64,000 nt of DNA from Lama guanicoe (lineage: Eukaryota), in assembly GCA_013239625.1 (NCBI GenBank), contig MU054204.1:148879-212878 (forward strand). The letters run 5' to 3'. The notes beneath the pieces are model-generated. The model had not been told where the DNA came from. It did no database searches and saw only the letters and a program-made list of their open reading frames with translations. Both the position numbers and the translations under genes were made by a program. Below are positions 13,935-26,966 of this stretch, in pieces (position 1 is the first letter of the stretch; each line of letters begins with the position of its first letter).

Positions 13935-14496
13935 TAAAATGATCTTTAAGTAAATGAATATTATCTCCTCTTGAAGGCTGATTTTCCAGTGATAAATGGA
14001 ACAAAAGTTCACTAGCACTTTTCTTGAATATACTTATCAATATCCCAACTGAAAATATCTTGTAGTATGTTCACATATTAGAAATTGTTCTTCCACTGTG
14101 TAATCCAATCATATTGTTCAACATATTATAGTAACAAAGGAATTGTGCCTGAATTTTTATGAATAAAATAGTTGCCACAAACTTTGTGGTTCATGTTATA
14201 AGTTTCTTAGAAAAAATGTTAAAAGTAGGGCATATACTTTAAGCACTACAATTTTTGTGGGTGCCATTGTAGTTTGGGCCTCTTATCTCTTGTTAGTAAT
14301 AATATTCATCAATTTAGCATTGGAAAGTATTATTTTCTGCTCTTTTCTAGAAACATTTGACTGGTTACCAGGGTGGTCCCTGGACTTTCTATGAAAATTT
14401 TAGGAAAGCTATGGTGGCATCATTGGGTCAAGTTTCATAACAGACTATGCTTTCCACACAACAAAAGTCAGTGTTCAAATATTCATTATTTAAATC

Positions 14497-15305
14497 AGAA
14501 CTACAATGAGGTATCACTTCACACCAGTCAGAATGGCCATCATTAAAAAGTCCACAAATGATTAATACTGGAGGGAGTGTGAAGAACCCTCCTACACTGT
14601 TGGTGGGCATGTAAATTGATACAGCCACTATGGAAAGCAGTATGTAGATTCCTTAAAACCTAAAAGTAGGCTTCCCATATGATCCAGAAATCTCATTCCT
14701 GGGCATATATCCAGAGGGAACTCTAATTCAAAAAGACACATGCACATGCACCCCAGTGTTTATAGCAGCACAATATACAATAGCCAAGACATGGAAGCAA
14801 TCTAAATGTCCATCGACAGATGTCTGGATAAAGAAGCTGTGGTATATTTATACAATGGAATACTTCTTAGTGATAAAAAGAATAAAATAATGCCATTTGC
14901 AGCAACATGGATGGGCCTGGACATTGTCATTCTAAATGAAGTTAGCCAGAAAGAGAAAGAAAAATACTACATGGTATCACTTATCTGTGGACTCTAAAAA
15001 AGAGACACAAATGAACTTATTTACAAAACAGAGACAGACTCATAGACAGAGAATACAAACTTATGGTTACCAAAGGAGAATGGGGGGGTGATAAATTAGG
15101 AGTTTGAGATTAGCAGATACAAACTACTACATATAAAATAGATAAACAACAAGGTCCTACTGTATAGCACAGGAAAGTATATTCAGTAGCTTCTAATAAC
15201 CTATAATGAAAAAAAATATATATATATTATGTATATATATAACAGAATCACTATGCTGTACACCAGAAATTAACACAACATTATAAACTGTGAGTTCAAT
15301 AAAAA
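14497..15305 (+). mobile_element. L1 3' fragment
   Basis: IMPFAATWMGLDIVILNEVSQKEKEKY plus 3' UTR; flanked by ATTCATT(A/G)TTT repeats. Confidence 0.88.
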
Positions 15306-15518
15306 ATTCATTGTTTTAAATTCTTTACTAATTCCTACTGCTACACTAGCAGAAATTATATCATGAAAAGCCACATATAATCCTATTAATCATGAAAAGG
15401 GATTATTGTAATTAAAAGCTCTTTTGCCTGCTACATCAAATCATCATACTTTCAGATTTACTTGTCCTTGCATGTATCTTCACATTTGATATTTATCTCA
15501 AAGTCAAGTTCATTATTT

Positions 15519-16431
15519 GTTTTTTTAACATTTTTATTGATTTATAATAATTTTACAATGTTGTGTCAAATTCCAGTGTTCAGCACAATTTTTCAGTCAT
15601 TCATGGACACACTCATTGTCACATTTTTTTCTCTGTGATTTATCATAACATTTTGTGTATATTTCCCTGTGCTATACAGTGTAATCTTGTTTATCTATTC
15701 TACAATTTTGAAATCCCAGTCTATCCCTTCCAACCCTCTACCCTCCTGGTAACCACAAGTCTGTATTCTCTGTCCATGAGTCTATTTCTGTCCTGTATTT
15801 ATGCTTTGTTTTTGTTTGTTTCTTTGTTTTTGTTTTTGTTTTTTAGATTCCACATATGAGTGATCTCATATGGTATTTTTCTTTCTCTTTCTGGCTTACT
15901 TCACTTAGAATGACATTCTCCAGGAGCATCCATGTTGCTGCAAATGCCATCATGTTGTCGGTTTTTATGGCTGAGTAGTATTCCATTGTATAAATATACC
16001 ACATCTTCTTTATCCAGTCACCTGTTGATGGACATTTAGGCTGTTTCCATGTTTTGCTATTGTAAATAGTGCTGCTATGAACATTGGGGTGCAGGTGTCA
16101 TCCTGAAGTAGATTTCCTTCTGGATACAAGCCCAGGAGTGGGATTCCTGGGTCATATGGTAAGTCTATTCCTAGTCTTTTGAGGAATCTCCACAGTTTTC
16201 CACAGTGGCTGCACCAAACTGCATTCCCACCAGCAGTGTAGGAGGGTTCCCCTTTCTCCACAGCCTCTCCAGCATTTGTCATTTTTGGATTTTTGAATGA
16301 CGGCCATTCTGACTGGTGTGAGGTGATACCTCATTGTAGTTTTGATTTGCATTTCTCTGATAATTAGTGATATTGAGCATTTTTTCATGTGCTTTTTGAT
16401 CATTTGTATGTCTTCCTTGGAGAATTGCTTG
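15519..16431 (-). mobile_element. Young L1 3' fragment
   Basis: ORF2 C-terminal [36 protein letters not shown] on both sides. Confidence 0.9.
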
Positions 16432-16964
16432 TCATTATTTGTTTTTAACATGACCTTGAGGTATTGTTGTTTTTCATCACTGGTTTTGTACCTGAATGAG
16501 CCATTTTTGAGCCATTAATAATTTGGAGGATTAGAGATAAAATGCAAAAAATGATAACCTTGAAACATGCAAAATTAAGACTATAACCAATGACATGACC
16601 AATGGCATGACAAAAATATCTTGTTAGTTAAATGTTAGCCAAGATGAACCAATCACTGAATTTCTTGCAGTATACGGACAAGTTCACCTATTAACACCAC
16701 ACTGAGATATTTAGAAAAAAAATTATGATTAGTCAGGTGTAAGCCTGCCATTATACCCCACAAGGTCTGGCCTGGAATGTAAGTACATTCCATTACCAGA
16801 AAGAAAACCAATATACACATGGGGAAAATGTATCTTAGAGAAGCAAAGTGACTTCTTCAAAGTTTCACAAGTGTGAATCAAACCCAAGTTGCACAAGTTG
16901 GGCAATTAGCTGCCCCACTCAAGCATCAAGATAAACATCATTTTCTTTGGCATCCATAGAGAGT

Positions 16965-17107
16965 GACTGAAAGAGATTGGGGTATTTAGCTTGGGAAAGA
17001 GAAGTCTGGCTAGGGAGCAAGAATGGCAGAGGTAACTGTGTCAAATATGTACAGATTTAAATAGATGAAAAATTGTATGGTATGTTAATTATGTATCAGT
17101 GGAACTC

Positions 17108-17138
<31 letters not shown>

Positions 17139-17330
17139 AAGGGGGTCTGGCTAGGGAGCAAGAATGGTAGAGGTAGCTGTGTTCAAATATGTGAAGGACA
17201 TTCCTGAGAATAAGGAGCAGTCCTGTCTGGTTGGTTGTCCTGAGGGCAGAACGTGGGTGTGTAGAAGGAAGTTACAGGAGAGCAGGGTTGGCTCAGCAGC
17301 AGGAAGAACATTCTGTCAAGTGGAATCCTG
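16965..17330 (+). mobile_element. Probable CR1/L3 relic with internal duplication
   Basis: TTTAGCTTGGGAAAGAGAAG..TTCAAATATGTGAAGG..GAAGAACATTCT resembles a CR1 3' region. Confidence 0.5.
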
Positions 17331-18934
17331 TGCCTGCCGAGGCAGGAAGCTTCCAGGTCTGCCCCAGTTCACTTGGAAACTGGGAGGGGACGCTTGGCTG
17401 GAAGGCTGCAGAGGGGCATCCTCCACCAGGTAGAGATGGTGGGAGCAGGTGATCTGAAAGATTTTCTAGCCTGAGTCTGATGAGAGCCTGGAGGGAGCAG
17501 GACTGGTGAGTGGGACACACGGACCCCAGGCCCCTTCTGTCCCTGACACATGATGCCTGAGGTCAGCTTGTCTCCTGCCTGCCCAGCTTCAGCCCCACCT
17601 GTTTCCTGGGTGGCCAAGGGGAGCACTTAGGGTTCAAGGTGGGAGACTGAAATCTCTGCCTCCCAAAGACACAGGGCTGTTTCTGCTGCAGCAGTCATGG
17701 CCCCATGTCCACACTGGGGTCCCTTCCCCTGCCCAGCTCCCTGAGTCTAAACTTCAATCCTGGGAGGAGGAGAATGGAGGGGACTCAGGCACTATCTGCA
17801 CTTGGCAGCCAACAGTGTAGAAATGTGAACAGCTGAGAGGACTCACCTTAGCCGTTGGCCATTCTTAAACCACAAGGCACCTCTACTTGAAAACCTTCTA
17901 GCTTAACTCCACCACATCAGGAAGTTGGAATTCCCATATCCAGTAAACTCCATATGGGCTTTGAGTATAAATGCAGCAGCAGTAGAACAGCAGGACTTAG
18001 GATAAGGCCAAGAAGACAGGTGTTACCTGGTTTACAGTTTGGTCGAGACTCTATTATAACTGGTATCATTGGCAAACTTTTCCAAGGTCAATGGTAGATT
18101 TTAGAGACTTATTTAAACCTCCTCTTTGCAATGTTGTAGTATTGGCCTAAATATAGCTGATAGGAGGATCTCAAGGAATTCAAGAATTTTCTATGTCAGT
18201 GCCAGGGTTAGACACTGAATAGATGGCCAAGAATGCTCTCCTAGGCCCAGGACTGATATACAGCCGATATGCACTGTGATTAAAATTCTGAGGTTAAAAT
18301 ATTAACATACTTCTATACTGGTTTGTAAGTAGTTACTGCCCCAAGGCTCTCAAGTAGACCTTCAGTCCTGGCCATTTCAGCGTCCCCCTCCCCAGGATCC
18401 TGCCACACCTCCTTATGATGCAGCAACTACAGGGAAATGACTGACATGCAGGGGGCCTTCCAGACCCAGCTCATACTGAAAGCAAGGATAGTTCAGTATT
18501 TTAAAATATTATCCCGGATTAAGTCTCTGGTCTTTTGTCTGAGAGAGGAGACATGAGACGTGGGGTCAAGCACTTCAGTGGCGAGAAGACAAATTTGAAA
18601 GAATTTTAGTGTACTATATGTAAAGGGGAAATACAGAGCAATTTAGGTGAGGAAGAAGAGTCAATGAAGGGCTGGGTCCTAATTGCCAACAACATGACCT
18701 GAGGTGAGACGCTTAAGCTCTTTGTAACAAAGTGGATTGAGTATTATAAAGCTTAATAGTATGTTCCAAGAGCTTCTGATGAAGGACAGAAAGATTTTCT
18801 TTAAATCTGTACGTTGGGATTTGTTAATTACTGTTATTGTTCCTCAGATAGTTCTGAGTACAGATGAGTACACCAATTTTTTTTCATAATGCAGTGATCG
18901 TCCTTGAAATATCTGTCACATTTAATCATATCAG

Positions 18935-19340
18935 CTAACATTTACTGAGCGCTTACTCACCCAGACATTCTTCTAAGCACTTTATGTGTAGCACTTAATT
19001 TAATACTGCTATTCAGGTAGACATCACTATCTTCACTATTTGATGTTGAAGAAACTGAAATCCAGGGATGATTTAACTTGCCCAAGTCACTCAGCTGGTA
19101 AGTGACTGAGCGAGGTTTTGAACTGAGGCAGTTTGACTTCTGAGCCCACATGCCTACCCACTATGCTATACTAATACGTCAACCAAGCCTCATTTAATCC
19201 TCTAACATCTGCCTTAATTTTACAGTCATTTTACAGTCAAGGAAACTGAAGCTCAGAGTTTAAACCACTCACCCAAAGTCATCCAGTCAATAACCCTCAG
19301 ATCTGCAGCTCCAACTCAAGTCTTCTATGCCAAAGGCTAC
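18935..19340 (-). mobile_element. Two MIR relics
   Basis: GAAGAAACTGA..TAACTTGCCCAAGTCAC cores. Confidence 0.65.
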
Positions 19341-19714
19341 ACTTTCTTGCCTCACATGCTTTCCCATCTCCCAAATAATTTCCCTTCCTCTAGCACATTT
19401 ATTCTTCCCTATCTTTATGTTCTCATGGTCATCTTCAACTTACCAGATCGGTAATTCCCTTCCTGGGATCCCTGGTAACATTCAGCCTTTAACAGTGACT
19501 CTATAACTGGTCTATAACCCACTCCTCTTTAAAATGTCCCCCAGATTTAGGGCTCATTGATCCTCACCTGAACCGATCTTCACTGTGATGGTTGAAAAAT
19601 GATGATTTTCCCATCTCTCACATTCCCATCTTCCAAATCCTGCACAACTGAAATCACGAAGCTGGCCCTAAAACTACTTCCTGAGCCAGTCAAGCAAACT
19701 TATTTAAGGACCCC

Positions 19715-20600
19715 TGTTTCAGTTACAGTGCTTTGGGCTGCTATTACAGACATCTGACTGATTCTTATTTAGATAATAAAGACATGTCATGATCTCACAT
19801 AACAAGAAGTGTGGAACCAAGTCAATTCCCAGGTTGCTTAATTCAGCAATTCAATGATGTCATCAAAGACCCAGGCTCTTTCTCTCTTTCTGCTCTACCA
19901 TCCTAAGAGTGTAGTAACATCTCCCCTTTCTTCAACAGCACACATTTTCTAAAACTGAAACAATATACAGAAGATGACATGGTCCCCTATGAAGATACCG
20001 GAATTCATGAAGCATGACATTTTTTTCCTCAAATAACTCCTTTTTAATTGGGATGTCCTCGAGATCCCTATAAAAAATTACAACCCCATCTCCATATTCC
20101 CTCTCTTCCTTCCCTGCTTTGCTTTTTCACCTGTCACTTAGCACCATCAGGCATATAATATATTTTATTTATTTGTTTCCTCTCTCCCACATTAGAATGT
20201 CAGTTCCAAGAAGGCAGAGACTTTGGTCTGTTTTGTTTATTCTTGTATCCCCAGTACCTAGAACATCGATTGCCTGACATAGGATGCACTCAATTAATAT
20301 TTATTGAATTAATGAATGGCCACAAGATGACTGTTACAGTCTTAACATCACATCCTCAAACAACAACATTTTAAAGAGCGAAAGAGAAGCATGAGACAAA
20401 GAGGCTATTTCCTTCCAAGTCTTGCAGTTTTTATCAGAGAGTATATTCTTTCCTAGAAACCCCACAACAAACTTTCCCTCAGGTGTCATTAACCAGAACT
20501 GACTATATGCTGGCCAGTAGGTCTCACTAGGCAAATGGGAATGGGTTGCCATGACTGGCTTAAACCAGTAATGACACATCTCCTAGGGCTAGGCAAAGAA
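19715..20600. mobile_element. MLT1-type MaLR LTR relic interrupted by an L2-like segment (~20090-20315)
   Basis: AATGATGTCATCAAAGACCCAGGCTCTTTC..CTGCTCTACCATCC; L2-like 3' end AATATTTATTGAATTAATGAAT. Confidence 0.5.
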
Positions 20601-20739
20601 CAGCTTTGGGTTCTTCCTTTAGCATAAGGTGTGAGCATGGAAAGCTGTCATCTGAGCAACCTTCAACATTTGCCATAGTAACTGCACATACTCGAGAACA
20701 TTGTCTAACCCCCATTATCCTCTCTTTCACCCTGACTAG

Positions 20740-22150
20740 GACAGCCCTTGTCTATTTGGCCAGCTTGCATTGGACCTGTCTGTCATTCAACTCAACACAC
20801 CTAGTGTCCAGATCTTGATCTCTAATACCACTCCGCACTAAAAGAGAAGTCAGAGCTCCTTGGAGAACTGGGTGATTCCACAGTTGGGGCAGAAAAGGTA
20901 CAAGATGAGCCTGGAGTATCTCATTATGCCAGAAACTAAGGAAGTTCTCAAGAAAATAATGGGGATGTATCACAAGGACACAGGAACCATATATTATTGA
21001 AAGGGTTCCCACTGTCTAAACATGGAACCATTTGAGCGCCAAAATAATTAAGAACAGTAATGAATTATAAACCATTGTTGAAAAATAGGAATCCATGAGT
21101 TCACAATGACAATAGGAAGATAAATAAAGGAAGAGAAGGGAGGGTTCATGCATATAGTAGAATACTGAGAACTGACTCTTAGATGTGAAGGGAGTGCTAG
21201 AGTTGGAAAAATCATCATTTTGCAACCATCATGGTAAAGACTGGTTCAGGCAGGAATCAATGGATACCAAATACAGGGACATTTTAATGAAGATCAGTTA
21301 TTTGCAGGCTCTTAGTGCGTCTTCCCACAGATTGCAAGGGATAAAGTAGTATCTACACAATGAAACAATTGGGCAACATCTTGACATGGGTGCCGCCATG
21401 TATGATTCCACGAGAAAAACATGGCATCACCTATGTGATATTCCAGTCTGGAATACATAGCTTGAATCTAACCACAAGGGAATGTCAGTCAGCTGCAATG
21501 AGGGACATCACATATTTTTACAAAGCATAGGGTAGAAGAAGACCATATTCTTCAAAAATGGCAATCTCATAAAATATCTACAAAGAAATGCTGGGGAAAT
21601 GTTCTAAATCAAAAGAGAGTGAAGATACATGATAACTAAATTCAATACCTGATCCTAGACTGGATCCTGTACTGGCAGAAACAAACCAAAAAAGCTATTA
21701 ACAGTGGCCAATTGCCACAAGTCAAATACGGAATATCTCATATATGAAATATGGAAAGTAGATGATATTAAGGATCATACTGATGTTAAATGTAATGTTG
21801 ATTACTGTGCTGTGGTTATGTAAGAGAATACTGAAGTATTTATAAGGAAAGTGGCCATGATATATGCCACATACCCTCAAATGGTTCAGGAATAATGAAC
21901 TATGGTATATGCAGAGATAAAGCAATAGATGATGGGGAGGGTATAGCTCAAGTGGTAGAGTGCATGCTTAGCATGCATGAGGTCCTGGGTTCAATACTCA
22001 GTACCTCCTCTAAAAATAAATAAACCTAATTACCTTCCTACCCCCCCAAAAATAGATAATAGACAGAAAGATGGAGCAAGCAAATACTAAAGGAAATGGG
22101 CGAAATGTTTGCAATTGGTGCATCTGAGTAAAGGGCATGTGAGTTTTCTT
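20740..22150 (+). mobile_element. Old L1M (L1MC/MD/ME-like) 3' region
   Basis: GATCCTAGACTGGATCCTG and related old L1 3' UTR motifs. Confidence 0.55.
21934..22052 (+). mobile_element. tRNA-Ala-derived SINE
   Basis: A/B boxes, CCTAATTACC tail. Confidence 0.88.
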
Positions 22151-22159
22151 TGTACAATT

Positions 22160-22890
22160 CTTTTTTTTGTTTGAAGTATAATCAGTTTACAATGTTGTGT
22201 CAGTTTCTGGTGTACAGCACAATAGTTTGATCATACATGTGCATATATTCGTTTTCATATTCTTTTTCATTATAGGTTACTACAAGATATTAAATATAGT
22301 TCCCTATGTAGAAACTTGTTGCTTATCTATTTTATACATAGTAGTTCTTATCTGCAAATCTCACTCAAAATAGTATATGTACAATTCTTATTCTTACAAC
22401 TTTTCTATACCTTTTATTTATTTTTAAAATTTATATTATTTTTTAACATTTTTTATTGAGTTATAGTCATTTTACAATGTTGTGTCAAATTCCAGTGAAG
22501 AGCACAATTTTTCAGTTATACATGAACATACATATATTCTTTTTTTCTAATTTCTTCTTTTTTTAACATTTTTATTGACTTTTAATCATTTTACAATGTT
22601 GTGTCAAATTCCAGTGCAGAGCACAATTTTTCAATTATACTTGCACATATATATATTCATTGTCACATTCCTTTCTCTGTGAGCTACCATAAGATCTTGT
22701 ATATATTTCCCTGTGCTGTACAGTATAATCTTGTTTATCTATTCTACAGTTTTGAAATCCCAGTCTATCTCTCATTGTCACATTTTTGTTTTGCTGTGAG
22801 CTACCACAAGCTCTTGTATATATTTCCCTGTGCTATACAGTATAATCTTGTTTCTCTATTCTACATATGGCTGTCAGTATCTACAAATTC
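22160..22890 (-). mobile_element. Cluster of three L1 3' termini, one nested in another
   Basis: TSDs TGTACAATTCTT (22151/22378) and TTCTATACCTTTTA (22403/22888). Confidence 0.8.
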
Positions 22891-22943
22891 TATACCTTTT
22901 AAAACATAGCCAAATAAAACATTAAAAAAATACAGCTCATAGA

Positions 22944-23220
22944 GGGGAAGGTAATAGCTCAGTGGTAAAGCACATACTTAGCATGCATGATGTCCTGGGT
23001 TCAATCCCCAGTACTTCCATTAAATAAAGAAATAAACAAACAAACAAATCTAATTACTCCAAAAAATTATTTAAAAAATAAATAATATTTTTAGTGGCAG
23101 AGGGTAATAGCTCAGTGGTAGAGCATGTGCTTAGCATGCACGAGGTCCTGGGTTCAATCCCAAATACTGCCATTAAATAAATTAATTAACTTTTAAAAAT
23201 CTAATTACCCTCCCCCCAAA
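22944..23220 (+). mobile_element. Two tandem tRNA-Ala-derived SINEs
   Basis: Heads at ~22944 and ~23095; outer repeat AAAATACA(GC/AT)TCAT. Confidence 0.88.
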
Positions 23221-23729
23221 ATACAATTCATGATCCATTCCATCTTGTTTAGAAGTCTTCCTTGCTTAGTTTGGTGGAGGCTCTCAGGGCTCCAGAAAAG
23301 TGAAGGATGTCACCTGCAAATTTGCATGTTTTGGCAAATATGAACACATCCCATTGATTTGTGGGAGATCTTCCAGGAGAATAATAATTACTCAACAAAC
23401 ATTTACTGGGCACCAGGCATTGTGTTATATATATGCTGGGATAAAATGTGACTCAAGCTAGCTTCACACCCTCAAAAAGTTTATGAATAGACACATAAGC
23501 TATGTGTCAAGTACTAAATTAGAGGGATGCATAGGTTCTAGGAGAAGCCAGAAAGAGAGATATCTTATTCAGCTGGGGGTGAGGATCAGCGGTAGCATAG
23601 GAATGTGGAGAGGTCAGGGAGCATTTCCCAGTGAAGATTCTTGGGTTAAGCCCTAACGGGGTTAGCTTGGTGGACAGTGAGAAGGAGGGAAGGACATTCT
23701 TGGTACACAGAAAGGAATGAAAGAGGTTG

Positions 23730-23970
23730 GGTAGTAGTTAAGAACACAGACTCTGGAACCAGACTGCCTGGCCTCAAATCCTGAACTTGCTACTTACTAA
23801 CTGCATGACCTTGGGTAAATGAATTAGTCTCTCTCTGTCTGGTTTCTTCATCTGTTGCACAGGGATAATAACATTATCTACCACAAAGGATAGTTGCTAA
23901 TGATTAAATGTTAAGAGATGATATGTTTCGGCCACCACCTGGCACATAATAGGTACCGAATAAATATGAG
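23730..23970 (+). mobile_element. MIR relic
   Basis: GACTCTGGAACCAGACTGCCTGG..TGACCTTGGGTAA. Confidence 0.65.
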
Positions 23971-24311
23971 CTCAGTTCATGTCCCTTTCAGGAAACGAGA
24001 AGTTTCAGTCAGTCGACTGCAGGGTGCATGTCAGGGAAGGTGGGGAGAAAGGAGGGAGGATGTGATGGCAAGTTAAGAAATTCATACTTTAGCCTAAAGG
24101 CAATGGAAAGTTATTGAAGGGTTTTAATAACTTGATCTGATTTGTGATTTAGAAAGGTCCTTCTGGCTTGGAGAATGAAGCAGGGTAAGAATGGAGGCAA
24201 GAAAGCCAATGGAGAGGTCAATGCATCAGAAAGGAGATGAGAATCTGGGGTAGGGGGGTGAGGCAGAGTGTTATGGAGGAGGAAATATTCAAGAGACACC
24301 AGGGGGTGAAT

Positions 24312-24460
24312 GGGAGGGTATAGCTTAGTGGTAGAGCACATGCTCAGCATACATGAGGTCCTGGGTTCAATCCCCAGTACCTCCATAGATAAATAAATAT
24401 ATAAATAAACAAATAAATAAAAACCCTAATTACCTTCCCCCCAAAACAAACAAAAAATAA
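24312..24460 (+). mobile_element. tRNA-Ala-derived SINE
   Basis: A/B boxes and tail. Confidence 0.88.
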
Positions 24461-26105
24461 TAAAGACATTTCTGAAATTAAAAAGAAAAGAGAGAGAGAC
24501 ATCATGGCAGTAGAAGTCAAGGTTAACTCCCAGGTACCTGACTTGAACACCAGGATGGATAAAGGCTCCATCCTCTGTGATAGAGAACAGAGAAAGAGCA
24601 AAGTTTTGGAGGTAAGGGACAAAGATGATGAGTTCAGTTTTCACCATCATAAGCTTGAAGGGCCCGTGGGACATCCAAGTGGAGAAATCTAATAAGAGGT
24701 GAGATATAAAGGCTGGGATTCACTATTGTGTAAGACTCACAAAGCAGATTCTACTGTTTTCTGCATTTGTGGCCTTGAACTAGCTGTGTCTTTGCCAAGT
24801 CACCATTTCCTCCATTATAAAATGATTATAATTATTAAAATGCCCTAATATAAGTAAAAAGCACCCTTTATTGAATGATAAAGTCTGCTACAAATACCAG
24901 GTATTTTTCTTATAGGGAGAGCTGACACAGAAAAAAAAAACCTGACACTTAAAATCATCTTTTAGGAAACTTTTCCCCTATGGGGCAATAAAAAAGAGTT
25001 TCAAGAATAGAATATATGGGAACAGCCTTGTCTAGAGTAAACCTGGGTTTTTCTCCTATCCTAAAAATAGGTGAGAAACTTGAAAATAAGTCCTCAATGG
25101 ACTGGAAGGAACCAAAGTTGAAATAAGGGACTACAGAGGCCAAAACTTGAGGTAGAATTCAAGAGTTCTGGGGGTATGTCTTCTGTATTGAGATCTGGCC
25201 AACTTTCAGACACAGTGGTTAAAACCTAGAAACAGAAGGTCTTTTGCAAAGCACTTGGTTCCCATTTACCCTTATGGAGATAGGTGTGATTTGGAACTAC
25301 AGGGATCACACAATACATACCCTAATTCTCTGTACCACAAATTAAAATTTCTCTGCAAATCCTAGGGACTTGCCTGCAAAAAAAAAAAAGTACCCTTAGT
25401 CCAATGGCCTTGCCTCATTATTTTCCTATGGAAGTCCTCACAAGCCCCCAGTTTCTTTTAGAATAGCAGGTATAATATTAACTATTCAGGCTGTAAAACC
25501 GACTTCATTTGTAGAATGTGGGAATATACAGTCTCTCCCTGGGGAGAGTATACAGACTTTCCATTAAGTTCAGCTTGTCAGAGATTCACTTATTGATTGG
25601 TGTTTTATTGGGCTGGCATTTTTGTTGCATCCCCAGATCTTGTGGCCCTGATCCTTGAATCAATCATCTTTGAATCTGTAGGTTCAACCAATATGCCAGT
25701 TTCTCAAAATCTCTATCATTCACTGTGTGGGGTAAGAAGGAACTTTACTTTCCTCACCTGGAAATAGAAACATTAATTACCTTGCAGGGTTGTTGTGAGC
25801 ACTAAATGAGATTCCACACTGAAAGTGCCTACCCTCCACATTCATTCAAGAATATTTACTAAGGACCTACTATATGCCAGACACTGCTATATGCATGGAG
25901 AATACAGCAATGAACAAAGACCAATATTGCTACACTTGAGGAGGTTATACAATAGGGAGGGATGTCTAACAAACAACTAAGTAAAATATATAATATGACA
26001 GATGGTGATAAGAGCTTTGGAGTAAAAGGAAACAGGGCAGTAAGTGCCTGTCAGGGTTGGAGATCGTCATACACAGGGGTTGCTTCATAAATGGGAGTTG
26101 TTTCT

Positions 26106-26210
26106 GGGGGAGGGTAGCTCAGCAGTATAGAGTGCACACTTAGCATGCAGAAGGTCATGGATTCAATTCCCCAGTACCTCCAGTTAAATAATAAACAAAC
26201 AAACAAACAA
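26106..26210 (+). mobile_element. tRNA-Ala-derived SINE
   Basis: TSD AAATGG(G/T)AGTTGTTTCT at 26089-26105 and 26211-26227. Confidence 0.88.
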
Positions 26211-26966
26211 AAATGGTAGTTGTTTCTAAGTCTCTTTGGTCTATACCTCAAGCATTATTTGGATACAGAACCTCAGTGTTTGCAACAGTTCAAAAACACA
26301 TATCAAAACCTAACAGTGGACCAGGGACTCCCAAGATTTTAGGGGTGTAACAGTGAACAAGGCATGTCCCATAGCTGCAGGCATCATTTCAATATACAAT
26401 AGTAAGTGACTAGACATGGGGTGAAGAGGACAAAGGACGGAGGAGAATCAATTAGCCCAGTCAAGGGTCAAAAAAGGCTTTCTGGAGGTGCTGATGCCTA
26501 AGCTGAGACTTAAAGTTTCAGAGGAAAGGGTGGACTTGGCAGAAGACATTACACCAGCAGAGGCATGAGGCCATGGACTAGTGAGGCGAGTAAAAAGGAG
26601 ATGAAGCCAGAGAACTAGGTACAAGTCATGAGGACCTGGAGGGTCAGGTCGCAGACATCACTCAGAGGTCAATTATGGAACGACTGGGAGTTCTTAGGTA
26701 GAGAAATGATATGGTCAGATTGCATTTTAGAATGATTACTTCGTAGAATAAAAGAAAGCTGAAGAAAAGGGATCACGCTGGCTGCTGTTTGTAGACTAGC
26801 TTACAAGGAAGTCAAAACTAAAAGCAGAGAATCCAGATAGGATACTACTAGAATAGTCCATGATGGAGAGAATGAGAGCTTGAATTGCAGGAGATAGGGA
26901 TAGATGAATTTCAGAAATACTTAGGAAGGCCTTAGTGGCTGGTTCAATTAAGAATAAAAAATCACA

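Larger units (their letters stand above)
12700..16520 (-). mobile_element. Degraded Charlie/Buster-family hAT transposase fossil, interrupted by one SINE and two L1s
   Basis: Manual minus-strand translation gives ELLFHLSLEN..LLKDHF, NTDKAGTM..IKEV..LFRMLSEEMGGEY, LSLSLQGINIT and KYPKLS..LLPFLTILICELVF..DVKPDL, collinear with Buster/ZBED5-type motifs; many stops and frameshifts. Confidence 0.82.

Noticed and set aside
23098..23172. tRNA-Ala(AGC)-like sequences as real tRNA genes
   Set aside because: At least 12 diverged copies with A-rich tails and TSDs; these are SINE heads
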